From Octopus bimaculoides (lineage: Eukaryota), in NCBI RefSeq assembly GCF_001194135.2, contig NC_068981.1, positions 15,859,250 through 15,902,495 of the forward strand: DNA of 43,246 nucleotides, given 5' to 3'. Position numbers and translations under genes: made by a program. Of this stretch, positions 27,260-39,850 are shown in pieces. Numbering within the stretch: the stretch's first letter is position 1; every line of letters starts with the position of its first letter. The notes beneath the pieces are model-generated. The model did not search any database, was not told the DNA's origin, and saw nothing but the letters and a program-made list of their open reading frames with translations.

Positions 27260-27950
27260 CCAGTACAAATCCATTTGTCCTAAAAAATTGGGATTTCGGA
27301 TTTCACCTGATAATATGATGTAGATGAGAGGAGCGGTGGTGGAGACAACTTGGGATGACATTGCCTTGCAAAATAACTGTGTCACTATTCTACCAACAGA
27401 AAACTTAACTTTTGTGTGCCAAATTTCAACGATAGTTTTTCAAAAACTAAACGTTAATTTTATGTTGGATTTAAAGTCATAGTTTTTAGCATAACAGTCA
27501 CAGACATGCAAGAGTCAATTAAACTATCCTGTGATCCTTCCCAGACAAAAAAGACCTCATCAATGAACCGTAACAAGAGTATTAGTTCATGACCATGTAG
27601 GTATTTGAATGTCTGCAGTAACTCTGTCTCGAATTTCGACATGGAGTAATTAGCAAAATTAACTAACATGAGGGTACCCACGGCGCAACACCTCGTCTGG
27701 TGGTAAAATTTTCATCCAAACTTCTTTGTGTTAGTTTGTAACACAAACGTCTATGACCTACAGAGAAACTTCGATAGGAAACTTTTGTTTGAACGTTTAT
27801 CCAAGGCATTCATGCATGCTTTTACCCGTTTATCGTGGTCAATATTGGCATATAAAGCAGAAACATCCATGGTTACGAAAAAGCAATTCGCGACATGAAT
27901 TCAGCGTTCAAAGAAGTTGTTGATTTTAGATATCTATTGCAATCGCATCG
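27260..27950 (-). mobile_element. Penelope-like element reverse transcriptase fragment (pseudogenised)
   Basis: Minus-strand translation gives YLKSTT, FFVTMDVSALYANIDHD, FYHQTRCCAVGTLMLVNFANYSMSKFE, LLRFIDEVFFVWEG, NIKLTF, TQLFCK and SSHLHHIIR*NPKSQFFR. These are the PLE RT motifs (DVxSLYTNI, QxxGxAMG, RYIDD.F..W, S.HP...IP.SQFLR) in the expected order. Confidence 0.88.
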
Positions 27951-28003
27951 CGCTCTTCGTCTACTTTAATAATAATAATAATAATGATAATAATAATAAT
28001 AAT

Positions 28004-31000
28004 GAAACGAAAACAATGGGAAAAGAATGAATAATAATAAAACAAAAAGAATGAAAACTGGTCTAAGGGATATAATAAAGAAGACCTTAAGGCCTTCTAT
28101 CATGCCATGTATTTCTCCAGTAATAAGTCTAATACCAAACTAACCTACCTAAACTAGAGACAGAAGCACCTTGAAGAAAGATTCTACATAGACACTAACA
28201 AACTTGCCAACATCAGAAGAAACATAATGGAAAAGAAATTACGAAGTGAAGTACAGATTGACCAAAATAAACAATCAGTAAGGGATAAAGGGAAAGAAGT
28301 TGCAACTAAAGAAGATACTACTGAAGAAAGAATTATAGACCAACCTAGGTCTAATGAAAATGCCGTAATGATAGAAACAGTAAATGTAACTGATAAGCAA
28401 AGTGAAATACTCTCTGAACCAACCATAAGCACCAAGGCAAATGAAAATCAAATAGATGAAGAAAGTCACACAGAAATTGACCCAACTGAACAACATGATC
28501 TAAACAATCAAATCATGATTGAATGGTTGAAAATTAAAGAAAACGGTATGAATGAACGTGACACTCTGCCAAAAATTCACAACTCTAACCAAAACCTGAC
28601 AGTAATTGGTAAAATTCGACTTGCACTTCGCGATATAATTTCAGCTAATAATACTGATATTATAGGTCTCAACCACCTGTACTATGCATCCACGAAAATC
28701 TCAATGATTCTATGAAGTGAAACGATTAGAAAACGACAACATTCCCACAAAAGCCTACTTGGTGAAGGCGTACTCAACATCAAATTCAGCTACTTAGGTC
28801 TAACATAGAATGTTTTAAAATACCTTAAGTTTGACAAGACTATCAAACCAACAAAAAACCGAAAATTGAAGAAAAAATATATGAAAACCATACTTGACAT
28901 CGATACCACGATAGGCACTATCAAGCAAAAGGTATATGCTAAAGCTGCTCGCACATCACGGTATGAACAGCGCGTTAGATTCTTCAAGGACAACATGTTA
29001 AAAAATAACCCAAAACAGGTTTATAGGAGGACAGGGAAAATACCAGTTACAGTAAAATCTGTCCCATCAAAAGAAGGAGCGCAGAAATGTTGGAATTAAA
29101 TTTGGGCAGAATAAAATAAAAACATAATAAAAAAAGTCCCTTTGATTGATAGAATACCTATTGACTTAGACTCCTTAGAAGATCGAAAGTGGAGGGGTAT
29201 TAAAGTAGAGAATGTAAGATCTGCTCGGAGGAGGTCAAGCACATTGAAGTCTCAAGGAAAGTTTCAAGAAAATTTTAAACTTCTAGTTGACTGCCTTCCC
29301 AGCAAATGATGAACTGCTAAAAACACTTTACAACAACGTTTTGCAACAAACTAGCACGATTCCCTCTTGGCTACTTAATGGTATTACATTCCAACCTCCA
29401 AAAAATGAAGAAACAAATGAACCAAAAAATTATAGACCCGTAACCGTCTTAATAACAATGTATAAAATACTATCATTTGCCTTGACTGAATACACCTATA
29501 GTATTTTAATTGAAAGAGGCATATTCCCCAAGGAGTAACAAGGATGTAAACGTGGGTCCTATGGTTGTAAAGATCAGCTACTAATCAATAAGATGATCAT
29601 GGAAGATTGCCACAAACTATACAAAAACTTGTCGATAGACTGGGTAGACTATAAAAAAACAGCTCTTGATAGTCAACCACTTAGCTAGATTAGGAAATGT
29701 CTGGAAATGTATAGAATAGCACATACTCTGGAGATGTGAATATTTCATGTAGCATTTTCCAGGGTGACTCTCTATCACCACTCCTCTTTTGTCTAGCCTC
29801 TCTCGAAATTGCTCGATGATATACAATACGATTATAAAATATTTGATAAAAGTATGCATCATGTCTTTTACATGGGTGATTTAAACTTTTTGCAAAAAAT
29901 GAGCAACAACTCAAGGGCTTAATAGCAATTGTTAAATAATTCAGTGATGATATCAAGATGCAATTTGGCCTCGATAAGTATTCAAAAGCGACCTTTATCA
30001 GAGGAAAAATGACAGAAACATCTAACGTTAATCTTGGCCAGTACAATGTTATAGAGGAGTTAGAACCAGCGGTGAGCTACAAATACCTAGGGGTATTAGA
30101 ACCTAATGGCATCACACATTCAATGATAAAAGACAGAGCTGAATGCAAGAAGCAGTATCTAAGCGATCAATACTTTCGTCATACCGGTCGTGACTTACAG
30201 TTTCAATATCATTAACTCGTCAAAAAACTGAAATCTGTAATTTTGACAGAAAAATACGAAAATTGTTGACAATGCATAGAATGCACTATCCTAAGGAAGA
30301 TATAGATGACATTACCTGCCAAGAAAAGAGGATGACTGTGGACTTTTACAACTGAAATTAACAATTAAGATTGCGACAATTGGCCTAAACACCTACCTGA
30401 AAAAACTTTGATGGCTGGATGTTAAAACTTGTCTTAAAGCATGAAAGCAATAAAGCATCATACTCAGTAACACAACAGGCCATGGAATATTTACGTGAAT
30501 TCTAAATACAACGCATCCCAGAATTAGACGTACTGGAAACAAGCACAGGAAACGCTAAGCGTATGAAAACCCGTGTTAAAACTGTTGCCTTAGATATTCT
30601 TACTGATAAATGACAAGAAAACATTTCAATGGCAAATACCCAAAGAGAGATAATAATGCCAATGGTTGGTGTCTTTTGGCTTAAAATCGGAAACAGAAGT
30701 GTTTATCATAGCAGCCCAAGATCAATGTCGATCCACAAGGAGTTACCAGGCCAACATATTAAAGAACGGCAGTAGCCCAGCATGTCATGTATGTAAACAA
30801 CAAAATGAATTCATTGATCATGTCTCCATGTGTAGTCATCTTGCGCCTACAGAGTATCTCAACAGGCATCATAAAGCTGCACAATTTATTCACTGGGTAA
30901 TTTGCAAAGACCCGGCCCTTCCTCATGATAAAAGCTGTTGGGAACTCAAACCAGCTGTAGTGCTTGAAAATGATCACATCTCACTCCTCTAGAATTTCAC

Positions 31001-31530
31001 CGTTGAAACTGACGAAAGATAAATGCGAATAGGTCAGATATTTTATTGAAAGACTTCAAACAAAAATCATGACTCCTTGTTGATATGATTGTCCCAGTCG
31101 ACATAAATGTATGTCAAGACCAACGGAAAAATGAGCAAGTATAAAGATCTTGAAATAGAAATTGGCAAAATGTGGAACCTGAAGACTGTAATAATACCTG
31201 TTGCCATAGGTTTCCTAGGAATGATAGCAAAAGTCACTTATTCCTACCTAGCTCAGATACAAGGAAATCCCAAAATGGCAGATAGTCAAAAGATAATGCT
31301 CATGGGAACTGCCCATGTCTTACGTAAAATACTGCCTATGTAATCTAATATTTTAAAACAAACTTATAATTTTCTTGTTTTCTTAAATATTCTCTAGAAC
31401 AATACTATGTGCAAAACCAAACATATGAAACCCTAAGCATAACACCAACTTGAACTTGTAATTTGTCTCTTGAGGTGCTTAGGAAAGACTTGAAGTCAGC
31501 TTGTACAAATACAACGCAAAATTCAAACAT
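28004..31530 (+). mobile_element. Near full-length but inactivated R4/Dong-clade RLE non-LTR retrotransposon (about 3.5 kb)
   Basis: N-terminal IDTNKLANIRRNIM; RT motifs PKNYRPVT, GCKDQLLIN, DWVDYKK, IFQGDSLSPLLFCLA and HHVFYMGDL (YMDD decayed to YMGD), DIKMQFGLDK and YKYLG; zinc knuckle CHVC...DHVSMCSH...YLNRHH; RLE region KYKDLEIEIGKMW...GTAHVLRKIL* (stop at 31343). Many stops and frameshifts. Flanked by (AAT)n on both sides. Confidence 0.95.
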
Positions 31531-31546
31531 ATAATAATAACAATAG

Positions 31547-31753
31547 TTTCAAATTTTGGCACAAGGCCAGCAATTTCGGGGGAGGAGGCTAGACTGGATC
31601 GATCCCAGTGTTCAACTGGTACTTCTTTTATCCACCCTGAAAGGATGAAAGGTGAAGTCGACCTGAGCGGAATTTGAACTCAGAACATAAAAATGGACGA
31701 AATGTCCTTAAGCACTTTGTTTGATTTACTAATTATTCTGCCAGATCGCTGCC

Positions 31754-31755
<2 letters not shown>
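31547..31755 (-). mobile_element. Full-length CORE-type SINE (subtype B)
   Basis: tttcaaattttggcacaaggcc...actggtactt...gatgaaaggtgaagtcgacctgagcggaatttgaactcagaac...ctgccagatcgctgcctt followed by (aat)n. Confidence 0.9.
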
Positions 31756-31821
<66 letters not shown>

Positions 31822-31823
31822 TC

Positions 31824-31960
31824 ATAAATTTATAGAGGCTTTATATTCTCACAGTTATAAGAGGGTAAGAGGAAAATTTTTGATAGAAAGGCCATTCAAG
31901 ATAATGTACGCGATATAGAAGAGAGATCTCCATCTCCAGGAAGCGAAATTAGTTGTATTT
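31824..31960. repeat. Second copy of the unnamed repeat seen at 13761-13892
   Basis: Pairwise similarity is visible, and both copies directly follow (AAT)n. Confidence 0.7.
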
Positions 31961-32357
31961 ATTTTGTCTGTTTGTTTTTTTTTTACTCTATAGGGGTACT
32001 TACTACTTTCCCACATTTTCTTTTTCGATGAAACTGATCTCTCTACATCAGGGAGTTACACAGTTTCCCTAATACGATTGAGAAACTTATTATTCATATG
32101 GATGCTAAAGCATGAAAATTACAAAGTTCATTTGCACTTCCACACAAAACGTTGAGAAAGTACTTTCTATTCATTATCACCTTCATTTTAAATACATCTT
32201 AATTAAACACTATTTCGAATTAATTTCACACACACCGTAAGCTTTTTGTATCTTCTCTCCCTGCATGTGTGTGTGTTTATGTGCGTATTTACATGTGTGT
32301 GTTGAGTATTTATAGAAATATATTTATCTGTGTAAATATCTGTAATTATATATGAGC

Positions 32358-32409
<52 letters not shown>

Positions 32410-32479
32410 ATCCATGTATGTATGTACGTAGTTATGTATGGATGTAGGAACGGGCATATCCCTTTGGTTGTCATTACTT

Positions 32480-34375
32480 CTCATTACTTGTCAGTTTCTA
32501 ATTACTTCAAGGAATGTTTAGAAAGTTTTAATTCACTCCCTACACTTAATATTTATTTCCAAATCCTTATATTTGTGTTGGCACCGACACTTGGATTAGT
32601 ACACTACACACTACTATTCTTGAAGGTTTTTAAAAGAAATCCTGTAGTTGTGCTTAATGTTGTCAATACGTTTTTGTATATCCTAGATAATGGATACTTC
32701 GTTATTCTAGTGCGCATTGTGTATTTCCTCTCCTATTATCTGTTGGTATTTCATAACGCTGGTATAACATCCAACGTACCAAAACTTCGCCTCTGCCAAG
32801 TCTACAAATTTACTATTTCTTTGCTAAGTACGTCAAGTATTTTGTCTCTTTTCGTGCATTTATGAGTATCTAGTTAGAAGGATTCGATATCGTGCTGAGT
32901 GTCAAAAACACTTTATTTCAAAGCTTTTTTACGCCGCTCTTCTCTGGAGTCATTAAAATTACGTTATTTTATTTCATCCATCTTTGTCTGTTTGAATACT
33001 GTTTATTTATTTATTTTTTTTATGGTAGGGCACTAACCTTAGTTCTACTCCTTTTATTACAGTAAGATCTAGTGTCATTTTAGTTTTAGTTTATTTATAG
33101 AATGAATATTCTTAGTTCTCCCTTCATGTGACAACAGTTATTTGGGCTATATAGAAGCTCAAATCTTTTTGATTTCCTTTTGTTCATTAAAGACAAAACA
33201 TGGGTTTTGGTTTTGTTCATATTTTGAAGCTATTATTATAAGTTTTCCAATAACCAGAGTTTTGCAGGCCGGTTTGCAGATTTATTACAATTTTCTAAAA
33301 GTATAAGGTTCATTTTTTCTCACTATTCGTACTGCATATTTTTTTCTCTGTCGGATTTTGGCAATTCTTATTTTCTAGTTTATTTTGTTGAATAAACTAG
33401 ATTCAACAGAATGATCAGATTATTTAAACAAATAAATTCAGATATAACGTTTTTAAAGTGTTTGCTTGTCATTGGGGATACTATACAGGCGAATAAGGAT
33501 TCCCGGTTCTATGCATACGGAACACTGACAATAGACTTTGCGTAATTAATCTGTCATGTTCATATTTATTTATCTTGGTCTTCGAGTAAAAAATTATTGA
33601 TAAATAGATGATCTTTATATCCTTTCAGCCGGTGGGAAAAGGTCATCTTTTTCATATTAGTGTTTTTCTACAACAGTACTACTGCAGTTTCGGTATTAAG
33701 TCTTTATGAACGCAACTTATGTTTCTGTAATTTTTAGAGTTTACTGTGCCCTTACTGCCACGAATTAAGAGGCTTTCCCTAAAGTTATCCAGTTAATGGT
33801 TGTCACCGTGTTTTAAACATCCATTTTCAACAACTCTTAAAACATCTTATGTGTTGTTATAAATATATTTTAAAAACAAGTTTAGTATCATATGACCTGG
33901 TTCTATCAATTTTGTTTTTATTTGCAGTCTGGACTACATTTTGTGTATGATAACCCCTGCTGTGATAGTCTAGATGCTCTGTCCGTTGTATTGAGCAATT
34001 CAGTCTCTCGTGATTCACCTCCACATACTTCACTTGCTGGTGACGCTGCATTGATTTCTTTATTGTTTTAACTCACTCTTGATGAAATATTTTTTTTAGG
34101 TTAGAATAGAACTCTTTGTTTTGATCAAAGAATCGTCGACGCTTTTCAAACTATTTTGATTCTTGGTGTTTTAGTGAGCTTCACTTGTTTCAAGCCATCA
34201 TTGATAACGGATACCTTTTTTCTTTCGTTTGTTATCTTCTGTTTCTATAGCTTTTGATTCTTTTTCCAGTCGTGTTGTTGATATTATTAAGGATTGCGGA
34301 GATATTTTTCTCTTGTCCATTTTCTTTACTCTTTGTTTTCCCTTGTTGTTTGCTTCGGTTTTGATATTTTAATAT
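32480..34375 (-). mobile_element. Old, heavily degraded R4/Dong-like LINE RT region
   Basis: The minus strand gives GKRIKSYRNRR, FEKRRRFFDQNKEFYSNL, SKNYRNISCV, GYKDHLFINN, INYAKSIVSVPYA and MDEIK in the expected order. (AAT)n lies at its 5' end on its own strand. Confidence 0.7.
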
Positions 34376-34611
34376 TATCATTATTATTATTATATTCATT
34401 ATTATTATTACTATTGTTATTATTATTATTATCATTGTTGTTGTTGTTGTTGCCGTTGTTGTTAGTATTGGTATTTTTGTTAGTGGCGTTGGTGATGGTG
34501 GTGGCGGTGGTCGTTGAGATCATTGGGATCGTCGTGGTTTTGGACTTCTTGGACGTTGTAGTGGTCTCGGCGGTGGTAGTGTTGGCGGTCTTGGACGTCT
34601 TATTGTCTTAT

Positions 34612-34631
34612 TGTTATCATCATCATCATCC

Positions 34632-34672
<41 letters not shown>

Positions 34673-34673
34673 G

Positions 34674-34721
<48 letters not shown>

Positions 34722-34755
34722 ACATCATTATCATCATCATCATCATCATCATTAC
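34612..34755. repeat. (CAT)n microsatellite
   Basis: Seen directly. Confidence 0.97.
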
Positions 34756-34779
34756 CATTAATATTTTTTTTATTATCAG

Positions 34780-35390
34780 CACTTGTATCTTATTCATGTT
34801 TCTTGCCAATTTGTCAATTTTTTCAATAGCCGTGTTATGATAACCATCCAACTATTGTTGATACGCCATCTCTTGATCACCGATCCGAAAAACACTTAAA
34901 TTAATGGCAAAGTATTCAACACTACTATTATATAATAAAAAGTATCTACTCCGTTTGACACATTCGTCTACTTTTCTAAGGATCATTATTTTTACATAAT
35001 TAGCAGTGTAGTCAAGTTAATGGGTTTAAGTCAGAATTTCTTCAGGGAACTTTTGGGAATAATATTTCCTGATCACGTGTTACGCAGTGCAATGTAATAT
35101 GGAGCCCCTCCGTAGACTGGAATCATGTGGTAGTCTGCCGATAAAACAATTACTTTGTTTTAGCTAGAGAATCACTTTTTATCTGGTTCCTAAGCTTGGT
35201 TGTCATCTTGGAGATGCAAGTTTTAGCAACCAAAACCCCATTTCAGCCTGAAGAGAATAACATCTCCCTTTTAGCAAATAACCCATTTTACAAGGTCCTT
35301 CGTTTATAGTTCCTCGCAAATCTCCCATTCCCTCGAGAAATTTCATTGTCTATATGTTGTACGTTTCTTGGTCGCTTTTAGAATTTGAAG
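34780..35390 (-). mobile_element. Degraded R4-like LINE C-terminal fragment
   Basis: The minus strand gives (H)GRFARNY, KGD, GFLVAK and AIEKIDK, resembling MHGxFxR / ETEGFLxAAQD / EKIxKY. Weak. Confidence 0.4.
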
Positions 35391-35684
35391 GAGTAGGTAT
35401 ATTGAGAGTTTGTATGATGTTTCAATGCCAAAGCATACACACTTTTTTTTTTATATATAATACTGCCTGCAGGTAACCCACTTACGTTATAAATATATAA
35501 ATTTCGTCAGGCTATGAATATTTTGTATTGATTTTGTCAGCTATGTCAATAGCGTGGCTGATGACTGTCATAGAGGCAGAAACACATATATACAGATGTT
35601 CTGTTATCTCACTTAGTAAATCATCCTTTGACTTGGTTGTTCAAACTCATGCCACAGGTCATATTTTCGCTATATCTGTATGTC

Positions 35685-35740
<56 letters not shown>

Positions 35741-36027
35741 GGTGTGCTTGAGTGTGTGTGAGAGTATGTACATGTAAGTATGAAGGTCTATATACGTATA
35801 TAAATAACTATTAATAAAATAACACACAAAAAACATTATGATACTCAGCTACCCCAGTGTTTCCTGGCACGAATATTAAATTTATTTCGCCACTTTTCAA
35901 CCTGACAAATTATCATATGTAAAGATAGAGATTACCCCAGTGCAATGTAGAACATGTTCCGTAGATCCGACTGCCAACGTCATCTGTTACCGTAAATGTA
36001 AATAGTGTATTGATACAATATGCTCGT

Positions 36028-36189
<162 letters not shown>

Positions 36190-36867
36190 CTGATCTGATT
36201 GCAATATTTACCAAGACCTCTCTCCTCCGGTTATTTGGCCTGAACACTCCGCTTATAAACCTAATAATATAAGGAGAGTTAAGTTAGTCCGGGAATACGA
36301 GTTCGCATAATTGATATTTTCTTGGGAGTGAAATCGGATATTAAATTACTGCTGTGTTAACGTTGTTTAATTTCTTTGCCATTGTGTATTATAGAAAACT
36401 AACATTGTTTCGACGAACATAAATATTCCGTTTATATAATGTATGCATTATGATAGTTCGAAGTAAAACTCACCTGCTGTTTTGTATATGTTTGTGCCTG
36501 TATATGAATGTATGTGTGTATGTATGTATGTTTGTCAGCGTTTTTTAATATTAGAGATAGATAGAATGTTTTGAGATCCATAACCTATATTGTTTGATGT
36601 GTCACGATAAAGACACTGATGTCTAATAATTTATATTTGCACAGCTACGTGGTGTGTTTATGATTCACTGGTGTAAACCTTACAAGCGTTTCATTGTCAT
36701 GTGTCACTAAGCTCAAAGCTAACTGAAATATTTGTGACCCATCTTCACACATCAATAAGAACTAGAGTTAAACGTCGGTCATATGGTTCACAGAGAACCA
36801 TGAAATAAAGCATGAGATATCTACCACTCTCTCACTTTCTCTGTTTCTCTTTCATACTATCCCCCTT

Positions 36868-36906
<39 letters not shown>

Positions 36907-37954
36907 CTACCTATATTTCTTTATCTATGTAGCTATCTGTTTCGCTTTCGCAGTGTATTTGCTGCATTTCCTGAGCAAACTCACACATTGCGTGTGTTTG
37001 TAACGGGCCGCTTCCTATTTGATAATTGATATCACAAAGACTACATAAATGAATTATGAAATGATTTATTGATATTGTGTATTGAGACTGATGTTTATAA
37101 CGTTGGAGCTACTGACCTATAACTGGAAATATAAAGTCTACAAAGCGATTATTGTTATTGATGACAAGTTAAATACAGTGGAGCGACAAAAGAAGAACTA
37201 TCTCAAAAGTAGGCGTCTCAAGTTGTTATAACGTTTTTTCATTAAAAGCAAATAAACCTAAACTTCCCTATTGTTGAGGTGAAAGGCTGATACATAATGG
37301 TGGAAGAAGGGAATGAGTAAATGCAAATGTAGGACCACAGAAAACCTTTCGGAGTACATAGAATTATTGGGTGCTTTTCTACGGGCAAACATTTAGTGCT
37401 ATTTGCATACACTTTAGTAATTAGTATTATTCTTGTATCGTCAAACACTTCCGTTAAAATTTTATTAAAATTTTGACTATTCTAGTGTCTCCTTATTTCA
37501 CCTGTATAAAAAACCGATCTAATGTTTATGTCAGAAGTGAAATTAGCAGAAATAAGCATTGTTCTTGGATTGAAAATAACATTCATCTTCATCTCTCTAC
37601 GAACTGGAAATGCGAGCATGAAATCTGTCACGTTGAGACATATGTTGCGTGTACAAGAGTTTTGTTATTTGTGTGTAACACTGAGGAGTGAACAATGGTG
37701 AAATCAATTTTTGATTTCATTCAAAATGTAATAAAAATATTTACTTAAACTGACTGGTGTTAAAGGATGGGAGAATAACTGCAACTTCATAATGTAGACA
37801 GAATATAGGATGTTTCACTTTCTGAATCTATCCCAAGAACCGTTCTCAATCGACCTACAACCGGTTTACGATAGCCGTATCAACTAAAGTCATGTAAAAT
37901 AATGTGTGATGCACAGAAACAAAATAGAAACATTTATGTTGCAAAATATTGTTC

Positions 37955-38030
37955 TTGTTTAACTCCATGTCAACCCCGATTAAGAAGATTTAGGATCAGA
38001 GGCATGTCGGCCTTGAGCAGCCCATCTCTG
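37955..38030. repeat. Fragment of a common octopus-type interspersed repeat
   Basis: aactccatgtcaaccccgatt...gatcagaggcatgtcggccttgagcagcccatct resembles a recalled octopus repeat end; not verified. Confidence 0.35.
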
Positions 38031-38484
38031 TATATCAAGAATGACATTTTCTAACGTGTACTTTTTAAAGATGATACGCTTGAGGAATTGTAGTTGATTT
38101 GACTGGTAGTTTTAGCCGGTCAAAAACTTGACAGTCGCTGTATTGTGGGATCGTAATATTGCAGAGTTTTTGACGGTGATGCTTTCATTTATATTACCCG
38201 CTCAAAGGAACGTGTTTTATAAGTTTGCGAGAAAAGACGGGCTAATGCCCAGCAATTTTGTACGTCTGTATCCTGTGCGGATATCATTGTTGTTGTATGT
38301 GTTGAATGTCTTCAAAAATAAAGTGGACGTGATGATTTCGAATTCAAGGGCATTGAAACCCAGCGATAGAGGACTGAATTTATTATTTAAGATATTATAA
38401 CTGATCCGGCCTCAAAAATTACGAGGACATTACATGACGGTGAAGAAAAGATATACAGGTATCCTTAGATAACTACGGCGGTGG

Positions 38485-38510
38485 ACTGATGACGAAAATG
38501 ATGATGATAG

Positions 38511-38573
<63 letters not shown>

Positions 38574-38745
38574 GGATGATGAGGGTGATGAAGATGATGA
38601 TGATGATGATGATGATGATAATGATGACGACGACGACCATGACGATGGCGACGACGATGATGATGAGGACGTTGACGACGATGGTAATGAAGACGATAAC
38701 AATGATGATGAATGTGATGATGATGATGATGATGATAGTGGTGGT
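38485..38745. repeat. (GAT)n-derived compound triplet repeat
   Basis: Seen directly. Confidence 0.95.
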
Positions 38746-38747
38746 GG

Positions 38748-38830
38748 TTTCAAACTTGAGCACAAAGCCTACAATTTTAAGGCTGGGATTGAGTCGATTA
38801 CATCGACACCAATGGAAGGTTAAAAGGCAG
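38748..38830 (-). mobile_element. SINE 3' fragment (subtype B)
   Basis: tttcaaacttgagcacaaagcctacaatttt...gtcgatttacatcgacacc. Confidence 0.65.
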
Positions 38831-38915
38831 CGATAACTTTTGTTTGACAACAACAACAGCAACAGCGACAACAACAACAACAACAGCACCGATACTGAAA
38901 ATAATAACAACAATG

Positions 38916-38978
<63 letters not shown>

Positions 38979-38979
38979 T

Positions 38980-39850
38980 GTATTAGCCTAATAAAAGCTA
39001 GAGAAGCATTGGCGCAAAAGATAAAAAAAGCAACGAGGAAAAAAAGAAAAGAATGAGGAAAGAAGAAAACTTTAATGGAAGAGAAAGACTTCCGAGGGCT
39101 GCTTGTGGAATCTTCACACAAGCTGCCTTCTTCCTATCCCCTTGTCTCTATCGAGAGGTGCATGGTTATTCAGAGTAGGCTTTTCACTGGGTCCTTCCTT
39201 GCCACTCTCACCTTCGTTTCAGAAATTCGCTGAAAGGCGGCACTTGCTTCTCCGTATTAACTTTATTTGTCAAGTAAATATGGAAATTGAGGTGCACTTC
39301 GCCAAAAAAAGTCTGTCTTCAGACCTTTTAGTTTGGTTCAGAACACAACCATTTTCGCTAATGCCTCCAGATTGGTAAATATTGCCTGTCCTACCCTGCT
39401 AAAGAAGATGGCGAGATCTATACAATGGACTCGACAGAAAGCCTGATCCATCCTACACGCGACAGCAAATGTTCGACATAACTCCAAAAGTCCAGGGCTA
39501 CCGACTTACCTTCTGGTCCAGAGAAGGTCTACATTCCCAAGACCCTTTCCGAAACAACTTAGTCTATCCGCCACCCATTATCGGCAGACTTGGAGATGCG
39601 TACACCTCGAAGCCTCAGAGATGGGTATGAACTGTTGCTCCTTGAAAATTCTGGCCTCACCGAGTCGGTGGCCTCTTTCCAAGGCGATCCCAGGATACGT
39701 GCATTCACACTGCCTATTCTGAGCAGTCGTTCGACAAGAGTGAAGGAAGTGAGAAAGAAACACTTACCTTATTTCTGTGGAAGGACAGGCTTTCCATCCT
39801 TCCAGCTACTTGTGTATGTTTCCACAAGCTTCTCTTTACAGAATCTTACA
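38980..39850 (-). mobile_element. Internally deleted Tx1/L1-like LINE derivative
   Basis: The minus strand carries a putative ORF1 end (EKLVETYTSSWKDGKPVLPQK*) and a short spacer. An APE start follows (LRIGSVNARILGSPWK...GGG...LFRKG...PEGKSVALD). It is fused directly to a C-terminal ORF2 segment (FWSYVEHLLSRVG..RLSVESIV; AIFTNLEALAKMVVF*TKLKGLKTD), then a pyrimidine-rich 3' region ending at (ATT)n. Confidence 0.7.

Noticed and set aside
28227-28715. 162-aa ORF as an independent gene
   Set aside because: It is the N-terminal linker of the Dong-like LINE ORF.
28004-31530. Active retrotransposon
   Set aside because: Multiple stops and frameshifts, a YMGD catalytic change, a deletion before the QGD motif and a degraded RLE PD motif.
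32362-32865. 167-aa plus-strand ORF with hydrophobic stretches
   Set aside because: It starts in a TG repeat and is the antisense frame of a decayed LINE.
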